Origin: an uncultured Weeksellaceae bacterium
GTDB taxonomy: Bacteria; Bacteroidota; Bacteroidia; Flavobacteriales; Weeksellaceae
Reading direction: 5' to 3'
Length of the DNA: 49,977 nt
Assembly: GCA_964553105.1 (NCBI GenBank)
Contig: CAZKJO010000009.1
Span: forward strand, 1 to 49,977
Notes under the pieces: generated by a model
What the model was told of the DNA's origin: nothing
Seen by the model: the letters and a program-made list of their open reading frames with translations, nothing else
Database searches by the model: none
Position numbers and translations under genes: made by a program
Part shown: positions 18,932-28,400 of the stretch, one piece after another
Layout of the letters: each line of letters begins with the position of its first letter
How positions within the stretch are numbered: the first letter of the stretch is position 1

Positions 18932-19897
18932 ATGACGTTAGTTCAGAAGCATAAACAGTTCGCTTTAGGTATAGACATAGGTGGTACCAACACCAAATAT
19001 GGTTTGGTAAACCAGCGCGGAGAAGTTTTGATAAAAGGCAAGATTAAAACCAAAGGGTATCCCGATGTAAAAGGCTTTATCGAGGTGTTATATCAAACTA
19101 TTTCACCCGAAGTAGAAAAAATGTCTAAGGAATCTAACTTTGTTGGAATAGGAGTGGGGGCTCCTAATGGAAACTACTATAAAGGAACGATAGAAGATGC
19201 AACCAACTTAGAATGGAAGGGCATAATTCCTTTTACAGATTATATGTCGGAGAAGTTTGGTGTATCATGTAAAATCACCAATGACGCTAATGCGGCTGCT
19301 TTGGGAGAAATGATGTATGGGGCGGCACGTGGAATGAAGGATTTTATTATGATTACGCTGGGAACTGGAGTAGGTTCTGGAATAGTTTGTAATGGAAATT
19401 TGGTTTATGGCTCAGACGGTTTTGCTGGCGAATTAGGCCACACTATTGTTAAGCCTAATGGTAGAAAACACTGGAATACAGGTTCAGAAGGGAGTTTAGA
19501 GGCATATGCATCAGCCACAGGAATTTCCATTACGGCTAAAAAATTAAGAGCTGAATTTCCAAATTCTATGCTAAACGACTACCCTGAAGAGGAAATTAAT
19601 GCTAAAACGGTTCATGATTGTTGTTTAAAGGGTGATCCGATAGCTATTGAAGTATTTAGATATACAGGTCAGAAACTGGGTGAAGCTTTAGCAAATTTTG
19701 TTATGTTTTCATCACCTGAAGCTATATTGCTTTTTGGCGGTGTCATTAAGGCTGGTGATTTCATCATGAAACCCACTAAATTGCACATGGAAAGAAATTT
19801 ATTACCTATTTTCCGTGGAAAGGTAAAACTCATTTTTAGTGAATTAGACGAAGCCGACGCTGCTATTTTAGGAGCAAGTGCTATGGTTTGGGTTTAA
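18932..19897 (+). CDS. ROK-family sugar kinase (probable glucokinase)
   Basis: GIDIGGT, NDANAAALGE, TLGTGVGSG and AGELGH motifs. Confidence 0.92.
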   Translation: MTLVQKHKQFALGIDIGGTNTKYGLVNQRGEVLIKGKIKTKGYPDVKGFIEVLYQTISPEVEKMSKESNFVGIGVGAPNGNYYKGTIEDATNLEWKGIIPFTDYMSEKFGVSCKITNDANAAALGEMMYGAARGMKDFIMITLGTGVGSGIVCNGNLVYGSDGFAGELGHTIVKPNGRKHWNTGSEGSLEAYASATGISITAKKLRAEFPNSMLNDYPEEEINAKTVHDCCLKGDPIAIEVFRYTGQKLGEALANFVMFSSPEAILLFGGVIKAGDFIMKPTKLHMERNLLPIFRGKVKLIFSELDEADAAILGASAMVWV

Positions 19898-19929
19898 ATA
19901 TTTTATCTTTAAACCAAATTTAATTCTAA

Positions 19930-20772
19930 ATGATTGGCATTGTTGATAGTGGTTCTACCAAAGCAGATTTTGTAATTCTAGATGATAATGGTATTGAGTT
20001 AAAACGACTTCGTACGGCTGGATTTAATCCTCTATTTATTACTGCTGAAGAGGTTTCTAAAGCTTTAATAGAGAATTCAACTTTAATTTCTTTAGCATCA
20101 GAAATCAAGGAAATTCATTTTTTCGGAGCTGGCTGCCGTTCGGCAGAACTCAATAAAATCATAAAAGACGGTTTTCTTAAGGTTTTTAATCAAGCTCAAC
20201 TTAAGGTAGAGAGTGATTTGTTGGCTGCTTGTTATGCAGTTTATGATCATCACCCGACTATGGTGGGAATCTTAGGGACAGGTTCGAATTCTTGTTATTT
20301 CGATGGTCAAAATGTAGTAAAAGAAACACCTTCAATTGGTTTTATTTTAGGAGATGAAGGCGCAGGAAATCATATTGGTAGAAGTTTGTTTAGAGCATAT
20401 TACACAAATAAACTACCAGAGGATTTGAAAATTAAATTTACTCAGAAATATAATCTTTCTGTTCAGGAATTACTTGAAAACATTCATCGAAAAGCTTTTC
20501 CCAATGCTTATTTGGCTAGTTTTAATGAATTCGCTTATGAGCATAGAAAAAATGAATTCGTTAAAGACTTAATTCAAAACTGCTTTAGAGAATATTTTAT
20601 TTATCAAGTAGAACCTTATGATAAATATGATTGCAAGGAAATCAGTTTTATTGGTTCTATTGCATTTTATTATCAAAACTTAATTCAAGAAGTTGCAGAA
20701 GAATTTGGGTTTAAAGTTAACAAAATCCTTCAAAAACCGATTGATGGTTTGGTGGAGTACTTTAGTAGATAG
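19930..20772 (+). CDS. BadF/BadG-type ATPase, N-acetylglucosamine-kinase-like
   Basis: DSGSTK, ILGTGSNS, GFILGDEGAG and GSIA motifs. Confidence 0.85.
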   Translation: MIGIVDSGSTKADFVILDDNGIELKRLRTAGFNPLFITAEEVSKALIENSTLISLASEIKEIHFFGAGCRSAELNKIIKDGFLKVFNQAQLKVESDLLAACYAVYDHHPTMVGILGTGSNSCYFDGQNVVKETPSIGFILGDEGAGNHIGRSLFRAYYTNKLPEDLKIKFTQKYNLSVQELLENIHRKAFPNAYLASFNEFAYEHRKNEFVKDLIQNCFREYFIYQVEPYDKYDCKEISFIGSIAFYYQNLIQEVAEEFGFKVNKILQKPIDGLVEYFSR

Positions 20773-20822
20773 TATTATTTAATTTAAAACTCAAGTAAGT
20801 ATTTAATCTTAAATCTAGATTA

Positions 20823-21587
20823 TCAACTTATTATCCTCTTAATAAATCTTAATTTATGAGAATAACGCTGGGAATCTGTATTGAAAATTCCAGTAGAATC
20901 AATCGGATCAATTCTCACTTTTCCGTGTGCATGAATAATTTTCTGATCTTCTAATATGATTCCCACATGAATAATATTTCCTTCTTCATTATCAAAAAAA
21001 GCTAAGTCACCTTCTTGGGCTTCTGCAAGAAATCCTAGTACTTCACCTTTTGTAGCTTGTTGGCTTGCATCACGAGGTAGAGCAATGTTTTTTAATTTAT
21101 AGACTTGTTGAACCAAGCCAGAACAATCAATTCCAAAATTAGATTTTCCACCCCATAAGTACGGCGTATTCAAGTAGAGTTTGGCCAAATCAGCAATAGA
21201 AGTTTCGTTTCTAGTAGCGTCTAAACTCTCACCTAAATACTCAAAACTTTTATCACCTAAATTTATTTTTTGATCTTCAGTAGCATAAATATGTGCCGCC
21301 AAAGTTAGCGTACATGGATTTTCATCGTCAATCATTAAATTAAATAAATCCGAAGTATATTGTGTAGTGCTTAATTGTTGATATTCAGCTAATGGAACTT
21401 CTTTAATTAATTTAGGATCAACCCAACCAACATATGAGTCATAATCAGACATGATTTTAAGCCACTTTTCTTGAACAGCAATAATTTCAACTTTTTCACC
21501 AAATAAGAGTTGTGTCACCATTTCCGAACGGTCACTTGCCTCGGCTCTAACAGGCGCTACACTAACTATACAAACTCCGTATTTCAT
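20823..21587 (-). CDS. SH3 + NlpC/P60 (C40) peptidoglycan peptidase, YkfC-like
   Basis: EMVTQLLFGE SH3-like start, then PYLWGG, GIDCSG, LPRDASQQ and HVGI. Confidence 0.92.
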   Translation of the reverse strand: MKYGVCIVSVAPVRAEASDRSEMVTQLLFGEKVEIIAVQEKWLKIMSDYDSYVGWVDPKLIKEVPLAEYQQLSTTQYTSDLFNLMIDDENPCTLTLAAHIYATEDQKINLGDKSFEYLGESLDATRNETSIADLAKLYLNTPYLWGGKSNFGIDCSGLVQQVYKLKNIALPRDASQQATKGEVLGFLAEAQEGDLAFFDNEEGNIIHVGIILEDQKIIHAHGKVRIDPIDSTGIFNTDSQRYSHKLRFIKRIIS

Positions 21588-22234
21588 TTTTTTCTGATTA
21601 AACTTATACCATCTCTAAGAGGTAATAATATCACATCAACACGACTATCTTGTGTTACATGCTGGTTGAAATCAAATAATGCTTTGGTCATCTTATCTTT
21701 GGGAGCAATTTCCTCTAAAACTTTGCCTTTCCACAGCGTATTGTCGGCTAAAATTACTCCACCTGGATTTAATCTAGGTACTAATAATTCAAAATAATCT
21801 ATGTACTGCTTTTTGTTCGCATCTAAAAAGACTAAATCAAAGGTTTCTTCAGTTTTTTCTAAAAATTGAATCGCGTCTCCAATAAGGCTTTCAATCTGAT
21901 GATCATATCCAGATTCAGTGAAGTAGGGTTGATAGAAATTTTGTAAATCTGAATTAATATCAATGGTAGTGATTTTACAATCTTTTCTAAGGCCTTCTGC
22001 TAAACAAAGCGTGGCATAACCTGTAAAAGTTCCAATTTCTAGGATATGTTCAGGTTTTAAAACCTTAGACATAATGCTAAGAAATCTACCTTGTACATGA
22101 CCCGAAATCATATGATGTTGAGGAAACTCTTCAATCGTTTGAGTTCTTAATTTTTTAAGTAAAGCCGGCTCTGGACTAGAATTTAATTCTAAGTACTGAT
22201 CAAGCCATTCGTTTTGAAAATCTCTTTCTCCCAT
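21584..22234 (-). CDS. Class I SAM-dependent O-methyltransferase (caffeoyl-CoA/TrmR-like)
   Basis: LEIGTFTGYA, FLDANK and ADNTLWKG. ATGA overlap with the NlpC/P60 gene. Confidence 0.9.
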   Translation of the reverse strand: MGERDFQNEWLDQYLELNSSPEPALLKKLRTQTIEEFPQHHMISGHVQGRFLSIMSKVLKPEHILEIGTFTGYATLCLAEGLRKDCKITTIDINSDLQNFYQPYFTESGYDHQIESLIGDAIQFLEKTEETFDLVFLDANKKQYIDYFELLVPRLNPGGVILADNTLWKGKVLEEIAPKDKMTKALFDFNQHVTQDSRVDVILLPLRDGISLIRKK

Positions 22235-22422
22235 ACATTAACAAATATAATCAAATTATTCTTCTATGTTAAAGTAATCTAATTTTTATAAAAGATGAGT
22301 TTTTGATGAATTTAAATTAAATATAACACGTTGTTCAATCGCTAAATATTTGATAAAACTAAGTTTTGATTTCTAGTTTGCTTCTAAATTTGTATTTTTA
22401 AGCACATTAAAAAATTAATTTT

Positions 22423-23118
22423 ATGATTAGCAAAAAAGTGGACAGTGTTCAACAGGCTTTGGATGGGGTTCAAGATGGAATGACAATCATGTTAGGTGGT
22501 TTTGGCTTATGTGGTATTCCAGAGAATTCTATAAGTGAATTAGTCAAAAAAGATGTGAAGCACTTAACTTGTATATCCAATAATGCTGGTGTTGATGATT
22601 TTGGATTGGGATTGTTATTACAAAAGAAACAAATAGATACAATGATTTCTTCTTATGTAGGAGAAAATGCTGAATTCGAACGTCAAATGTTGAGTGGTGA
22701 GCTAGAAGTAATTTTAACTCCACAAGGAACTTTGGCAGAAAAATGTCGTGCAGCACAAGTTGGAATTCCTGCTTTTTTCACACCTGCTGGTTTTGGAACA
22801 GAAGTAGCAGAAGGAAAAGAAACCCGCGAATTTAATGGCAAAATGTATGTAATGGAAGAAGCGTTTCAAGCAGATTTCTCCATTGTGAAAGCATGGAAAG
22901 GTGATGAGGCTGGGAATTTAATTTTCAAAGGAACAGCGCGAAACTTTAATCCTGCGATGTGTGGTGCTGCTAAAATCACGGTTGCCGAAGTAGAAGAGTT
23001 GGTTCCAGCAGGTGAGTTAGATCCAAATGAAATTCATATCCCTGGGATTTTTGTGCAAAGAATTTTTCAAGGTGAAAATTTCGAGAAAAGAATCGAACAA
23101 AGAACTGTGAGAGAGTGA
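22423..23118 (+). CDS. scoA: Succinyl-CoA:3-oxoacid CoA-transferase subunit A
   Basis: [18 protein letters not shown] and PQGTLAE motifs. Confidence 0.93.
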   Translation: MISKKVDSVQQALDGVQDGMTIMLGGFGLCGIPENSISELVKKDVKHLTCISNNAGVDDFGLGLLLQKKQIDTMISSYVGENAEFERQMLSGELEVILTPQGTLAEKCRAAQVGIPAFFTPAGFGTEVAEGKETREFNGKMYVMEEAFQADFSIVKAWKGDEAGNLIFKGTARNFNPAMCGAAKITVAEVEELVPAGELDPNEIHIPGIFVQRIFQGENFEKRIEQRTVRE

Positions 23119-23120
23119 AT

Positions 23121-23156
23121 TATAAGTAAATAAAGTTATAAGTTAAAAGTTGTAAC
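23121..23156 (+). repeat. Degenerate 7-mer tandem repeats upstream of four-helix-bundle gene
   Basis: TATAAGT..ATAAAGT TATAAGT TAAAAGT. Confidence 0.6.
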
Positions 23157-23516
23157 ATGAAATCGAATAAGGATTTTGCAAAAAGTTTAGAAGAAAGAAC
23201 GCTGCAATTTTCTGTGATGATTTTAAAGTTTACTTCAACTTTTAAATATTCTATTGAATCTCAAGTTGTCAGAAAGCAGTTGTCCAGATGTGCGACAAGT
23301 GTGGGAGCAAATTATAGAGAAGCGAATCGGGCACGTAGTAAAAGAGATTTTAAAAATAAAATTGGAATTTGTGTAGCAGAAGCAAGCGAAACTTTATACT
23401 GGTTAGAAATTATAAACAAAATGAAATTCACTGACCATTCCAATAAGGATATATTCAAAGAAGCAAAAGAACTTTTGGCTTTATTTACAAGTATTCATAA
23501 AAAATTAAACACTTAA
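23157..23516 (+). CDS. Four-helix bundle protein (TIGR02436 / 23S rRNA intervening-sequence protein family)
   Basis: LEERT..FS, QLSRCATSVGANYREA, SKRDFKNK and EASETLYWL motifs. Confidence 0.92.
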   Translation: MKSNKDFAKSLEERTLQFSVMILKFTSTFKYSIESQVVRKQLSRCATSVGANYREANRARSKRDFKNKIGICVAEASETLYWLEIINKMKFTDHSNKDIFKEAKELLALFTSIHKKLNT

Positions 23517-23552
23517 TAAACTTAGTCACTTTAGTTCATTTAAAACTTTAGT
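23511..23552 (+). repeat. Degenerate ACTT(T)AGT repeats downstream of four-helix-bundle gene, opposite in orientation to upstream repeats
   Basis: ACTTAAT, ACTTAGT, ACTTTAGT, ACTTTAGT. Confidence 0.6.
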
Positions 23553-23572
23553 GCTCATAAAAAATTAAAAAT

Positions 23573-24232
23573 ATGTCTTTAAATAAAAATCAAATTGCTC
23601 AAAGAATTGCCAAAGAGGTTAAAGATGGCATGTATGTTAATTTAGGAATTGGAATTCCCACCTTGGTGGCTAATTTCGTGAGAGATGACATTTCGGTTGA
23701 ATTTCAAAGTGAAAACGGCCTTTTGGGTATGGGGCCTTTCCCTACCGAAGAGAATGTGGATGCAGATATTATTAATGCCGGAAAACAAACAGTTACAACT
23801 TTGCCTGGAGCGAGTTTCTTTGATTCTGCCTTAAGTTTTGGAATGATACGTGGTCAACACGTACATTTAACAATTTTGGGTGCGATGGAAGTTGCCGAAA
23901 ATGGTGATATTGCCAACTGGAAAATTCCAGGTAAAATGGTAAAAGGAATGGGAGGTGCCATGGATTTAGTTTCATCTGCCGAAAATATAATTGTCGCCAT
24001 GATGCACACCAATCGAGCAGGTGAAAGTAAGTTGCTAAAAGAATGTTCACTGCCATTAACAGGTGTTAAATGTGTAAAGAAAATTGTTACCAATTTGGCT
24101 GTGTTGGAAGTAATGCCAGAAGGTGGATTTAAATTACTAGAAAGAGCTCCAGGAGTTTCGGTTGAAGAAATTCAAGCTGCAACAGAAGGTAAATTAGTTG
24201 TTGAAGGAGAAATTCCAGAGATGACTTTCTAA
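23573..24232 (+). CDS. scoB: Succinyl-CoA:3-oxoacid CoA-transferase subunit B
   Basis: VNLGIGIPT, catalytic SENG and GMGGAMDLV motifs. Confidence 0.93.
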   Translation: MSLNKNQIAQRIAKEVKDGMYVNLGIGIPTLVANFVRDDISVEFQSENGLLGMGPFPTEENVDADIINAGKQTVTTLPGASFFDSALSFGMIRGQHVHLTILGAMEVAENGDIANWKIPGKMVKGMGGAMDLVSSAENIIVAMMHTNRAGESKLLKECSLPLTGVKCVKKIVTNLAVLEVMPEGGFKLLERAPGVSVEEIQAATEGKLVVEGEIPEMTF

Positions 24233-24260
24233 AAAAAGCAAGAATTAAGATTTTAATATG

Positions 24261-24303
24261 AATGGCTTTTCTCTTTCATTCGATAGAGAAGAGCCATTTT
24301 TTT
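24261..24303 (+). terminator. Intrinsic terminator of sco operon
   Basis: AATGGCTTTTCTCT/AGAGAAGAGCCATT stem plus T-run. Confidence 0.85.
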
Positions 24304-24341
24304 GGAATATAGATTGCAGACAAGAAATAAACCTTGATTCA

Positions 24342-25046
24342 ATGTCTAACAATCTGTCTAATAAAATCATAGAATTCAATCAGAACCTTACTTATAATGG
24401 TGAGTTACCACATGGTTTTAAGGTGATGAATCCATTTCTAGATTTGCCTGAAACCATGGAGGTGATGCAAGAATTCTATAAAAAGTTCTACAATGATAAT
24501 AAAAAGAGAAGGTTCATCATCGGTATCAACCCAAGTAGAAAAGGAGCAGGTATAACTGGCGTGCCATTTACCGACACCAAAAGATTAGAAAAGCATTGTG
24601 GGATTAAAATGGAAAGCATACGAACGCACGAAGTTTCTTCAGTTTTCTTATACGATGTAATACAAGCTTATGGAGGTCCAACAAAGTTTTATCAGGATTT
24701 CTATATCAATTCGCCATTTCCACTAGCTATCACTCAAAAAGCAAAAAATGGAAATTGGTTGAATGCTAATTACTACGATTACAAGGAATTGTTTGACATG
24801 ACCAAGGACTTTATGATAGAATCTTTAAAACAACATATATCTTTAGGCTTAGATACTTCAGAAGTTTATATTTTAGGGAAAAAGAATGCGAAATTCATAG
24901 AAAAATTAAATCGAGAAGAGAAACTTTTTGATAGAATGGTGGTTTTGGATCATCCTCGCTTTATTCAGCAGTATAAGTATAAAGAACGCGAACTTTATAT
25001 CGATCAGTATATTCGTGCCTTGACGGGATTTTCAGAAGCGGAATAA
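24342..25046 (+). CDS. SMUG2/DUF4918-type uracil-DNA glycosylase family protein
   Basis: GINPSRKGAGITGVPFTD, NANYYD and HPRFIQQY motifs. Start moved to ATG 24342 because the longer ORF begins inside the terminator. Confidence 0.85.
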   Translation: MSNNLSNKIIEFNQNLTYNGELPHGFKVMNPFLDLPETMEVMQEFYKKFYNDNKKRRFIIGINPSRKGAGITGVPFTDTKRLEKHCGIKMESIRTHEVSSVFLYDVIQAYGGPTKFYQDFYINSPFPLAITQKAKNGNWLNANYYDYKELFDMTKDFMIESLKQHISLGLDTSEVYILGKKNAKFIEKLNREEKLFDRMVVLDHPRFIQQYKYKERELYIDQYIRALTGFSEAE

Positions 25047-25058
25047 ATTTAGGAGCAT

Positions 25059-26594
25059 TTAAATCCACTTGTCTTTATCTAAACTTCTATATTGTATAGC
25101 CTCAGCTAAATGATAAGATTTCAATACATCTGAATTTTCTAAATCTGCAATGGTTCTTGCAACCCGCAGAATTCTATCATAAGCTCTTGCCGAAAGATGA
25201 AGCTTGTCCATCGCTTTTTTAATTAAATCTTGTGAGGCTTCATCTAATTGACAATAAGCATCTAATTCTTTAGGACCCATTTGTGCATTATAATGTACAT
25301 GCTCTAGATCATGGTATCGATCTGTTTGAATACGTCGTGCAGCTTCCACTCTGGTTCGTATTAGCTCACTTTTTTCACCATTTCGCTCAGAAGATAATTC
25401 CTCAAAAGGCACAGGTGTAACTTCTATATGTAAATCTATGCGATCGAGTAATGGTCCCGAAATTTTGTTTAAATATCGCTGCATCTCCATGGCTGATGAG
25501 GTATTCTGTGGATCATCTGGAAAATATCCGCTCGGACTAGGGTTCATGGAAGCTACCAACATAAAGCTCGCGGGATAAGTCACTGTAAACTTAGCTCTAG
25601 AAATCGTGACCTCTCTGTCTTCTAGCGGCTGTCTCATTACTTCTAAAACACTTCTCTGAAATTCAGGTAATTCATCTAAGAACAAAACACCATTATGTGC
25701 CAAAGAAATTTCTCCAGGTTGCGGATAACTTCCGCCACCAACCAAGGCAACATCTGAAATCGTATGATGAGGCGATGCAAATGGCCGTGAAGTCATTAAT
25801 GATGAATTTTTATTTAATTTTCCAGCTACCGAATGAATCTTTGTAGTTTCTAATGCTTCTTGTAGACTCAAAGGCGGTAAGATTGAAGGGATTCTTTTCG
25901 CTAGCATCGTTTTACCACTACCGGGAGGTCCAATCAATAAAATATTATGACCTCCTGCTGCAGCTATTTCCATAGCACGTTTTACATTTTCTTGACCTTT
26001 AACATCGGCAAAATCAAAAGGAAAATTAGCCAAATTGTCATAAAATTCTTTTCGCGTATCTACAATGGTTTCCTCTAACGCGATTGATTTATCAAAGAAA
26101 TCAACAACTTCCCTAATGTTATCAACACCATAAACTTTAAGATTATCAACCACAGCAGCTTCCTTAGCATTTGCTTTAGGTAAAATAAAACCTTTAAAAC
26201 CTTCTGTTCTGGCTTGAATAGCTATAGGTAAAACCCCTTTTATTGGATTTAAAGTTCCATCCAGCGAAAGTTCACCCATTATAATATAATCAGAAATATT
26301 GTCCGCTCGAATTTGCTCCGAAGCTGCTAAAATTCCCATGGCAATGGTTAAATCATAGGCAGAACCTTCTTTACGCATATCTGCCGGAGCCATATTAATT
26401 GTAATTTTTTTCTTGGGGACTTTGTAATCAATATTAGCTAAGGCAGCATTAATCCTATGCGCACTTTCTCTTACCGCGTTGTCGGGTAGGCCCACCAAAA
26501 AATAACCAACACCTTTACTTCCGATATTCACTTCAACCGTTATGGTGGTGGCATTTATTCCAAAAAGAGTACTTCCGTAAGTTTTTACCAACAT
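25059..26594 (-). CDS. comM: YifB/ComM Mg-chelatase-like AAA+ ATPase
   Basis: VGLPD, GPPGSGKTM, PHHTIS, LFLDELPEF, ISGPLLDRID and LSARAY motifs. Confidence 0.93.
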   Translation of the reverse strand: MLVKTYGSTLFGINATTITVEVNIGSKGVGYFLVGLPDNAVRESAHRINAALANIDYKVPKKKITINMAPADMRKEGSAYDLTIAMGILAASEQIRADNISDYIIMGELSLDGTLNPIKGVLPIAIQARTEGFKGFILPKANAKEAAVVDNLKVYGVDNIREVVDFFDKSIALEETIVDTRKEFYDNLANFPFDFADVKGQENVKRAMEIAAAGGHNILLIGPPGSGKTMLAKRIPSILPPLSLQEALETTKIHSVAGKLNKNSSLMTSRPFASPHHTISDVALVGGGSYPQPGEISLAHNGVLFLDELPEFQRSVLEVMRQPLEDREVTISRAKFTVTYPASFMLVASMNPSPSGYFPDDPQNTSSAMEMQRYLNKISGPLLDRIDLHIEVTPVPFEELSSERNGEKSELIRTRVEAARRIQTDRYHDLEHVHYNAQMGPKELDAYCQLDEASQDLIKKAMDKLHLSARAYDRILRVARTIADLENSDVLKSYHLAEAIQYRSLDKDKWI

Positions 26595-26827
26595 ATTAGC
26601 TAATTTCTCCTATAAAAATAGAAATTTTATCGTTAACAGAGTAGTAAATCCATAAATATAAGCTTCAATTGCATTCATAAAGACTATTTTAGTATTCTTA
26701 AACTAAGAATAATGAAAACTGCTTGTGGTATAATCTACATTTAGCTAAATTGCATTTCCTAAGCATTCACTTTTCGTAACATATTATTATAAAAAAAGTG
26801 TAGCTTAGTTTAGATTTACAGAAAGTT

Positions 26828-27310
26828 ATGACAAAGAAGAAAGTAAGTTTTGAATATGAAGAAATAACTTCAATAGAAGCCTGTGACGAAAACATTCAAT
26901 CATTATATAAAGAGGCACAAAAAGCAAAAGTAAAAGCTTATGCCCCCTATTCTAATTTTAAGGTAGGTGCTGCTTTATTATTAGAAAATGGAAAGATTTT
27001 TACGGGGAATAATCAAGAAAATGCAGCTTATCCATCTGGTTTATGTGCCGAGCGTGTAGCAATTTTCTCTGCCAAGTCTATCTATCCCGATCAAGCTATT
27101 AAATCATTGGTGATTGTTACCAGTGCTAAAAATGTTCAAGCACCAGTTTCACCATGTGGCAGCTGTCGTCAAGTTCTCTTGGAATATGAATTTGCGCAGA
27201 AAGAAGCATTTGATATTTATTTACAAACCCGCGGAAACCGTATAATACGCGTTCCGGCTGCAAAATATCTTCTGCCATTCAGTTTTCACTCAGATATGCT
27301 CAACGGATAG
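26828..27310 (+). CDS. cdd: Cytidine deaminase
   Basis: AYAPYSNFKVGAA, NQENAAYPSGLCAER and PCGSCRQ motifs. Confidence 0.95.
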   Translation: MTKKKVSFEYEEITSIEACDENIQSLYKEAQKAKVKAYAPYSNFKVGAALLLENGKIFTGNNQENAAYPSGLCAERVAIFSAKSIYPDQAIKSLVIVTSAKNVQAPVSPCGSCRQVLLEYEFAQKEAFDIYLQTRGNRIIRVPAAKYLLPFSFHSDMLNG

Positions 27311-27392
27311 TATAAAGAATTTGTCCGTTTAACACATATCTCGTAATTTTGCTGTTCTATATAATTCCGCAAGGAAATCTTGAGTTCACAAT

Positions 27393-28388
27393 ATGAAAGA
27401 AATTACCAAAGAAACCTATTTAAAATGGTTTGAAGAAATGTCTTTTTGGAGACGTTTTGAAGATACTTGTAGATCGATGTATTTAAAACAAAAAATACGT
27501 GGATTCTTACATCTATATAACGGTCAAGAAGCTTTGCCTGCTGGTCTAGCGCATGCCATGGATATGACCCAAGATAATATGATTACGGCTTATCGCTGTC
27601 ACGTATTGCCGATGGCTATGGGAGTTGATCCTAAACGTATTATGGCTGAGTTCTTCGGAAAAGTTGACGGGACATCTCACGGTATGGGAGGATCTATGCA
27701 CGTTTTCAGTAAAGAGCACCGTTTCTATGGTGGTCACGGAATCGTGGGTGGGCAAATTCCATTGGGAGCAGGAATTGCTTTCGCTGATAAATACCATGAT
27801 AGAAAAGCAGTTACCATTTGTTTAATGGGAGACGGAGCGGTGCGTCAAGGTGCTTTACACGAAACATTCAACATGGCTATGAACTGGAAACTTCCCGTAG
27901 TTTTCATTTGTGAAAACAATAACTATGCGATGGGAACTTCAGTACAGCGTACGGCTAACCATGAAGATATTTATAAATTAGGTTTAGGATATGAAATGCC
28001 TTCTGCACCAGTAGATGGAATGAATCCTGTTAAGGTAGCTGAAGCGGCTTATGAAGCTATCGAAAGAGCAAGACGCGGAGACGGACCAACATTCTTAGAT
28101 ATTAAAACCTATCGTTTTAGAGGTCACTCTATGTCAGATGCTGAGCCTTATAGAACAAAAGATGAAGTAAATCATTTCAAAGAAGATGATCCAATCGGAA
28201 TGGTTGAGAGAAAAATCTTGGAAAATGGTTGGGCTACCGAAGAGCAATTAGACGAGGTAATGGCTAATGTGATTGAGAAAGTTAAAGAATGTGTTGAATT
28301 TGCAGAAAACTCTCCTTATCCAGAGGCAGAGCAAATGTATTCAACGGTATACGAACAAGAAGATTATCCTTTTTTAGATAAAATATAA
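27393..28388 (+). CDS. pdhA: Pyruvate dehydrogenase E1 alpha
   Basis: GFLHLY, GGSMH, GDGA...ENN and YRFRGHSMSD motifs. Confidence 0.97.
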   Translation: MKEITKETYLKWFEEMSFWRRFEDTCRSMYLKQKIRGFLHLYNGQEALPAGLAHAMDMTQDNMITAYRCHVLPMAMGVDPKRIMAEFFGKVDGTSHGMGGSMHVFSKEHRFYGGHGIVGGQIPLGAGIAFADKYHDRKAVTICLMGDGAVRQGALHETFNMAMNWKLPVVFICENNNYAMGTSVQRTANHEDIYKLGLGYEMPSAPVDGMNPVKVAEAAYEAIERARRGDGPTFLDIKTYRFRGHSMSDAEPYRTKDEVNHFKEDDPIGMVERKILENGWATEEQLDEVMANVIEKVKECVEFAENSPYPEAEQMYSTVYEQEDYPFLDKI

Positions 28389-28400
28389 ATTAAGAAACAA

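Noticed and set aside
23157-23516. Diversity-generating retroelement suggested by the bAvd-like fold
   Set aside because: No reverse transcriptase and no template/variable repeat pair seen in the window.
24258-24341. 28-aa N-terminal extension of the SMUG2-like gene
   Set aside because: It runs through the scoB terminator hairpin, so ATG 24342 is more plausible.
26796-26820. AAGTGTA half-site upstream of cdd as another NrtR operator
   Set aside because: No matching TACAY arm at the 5-nt spacing.
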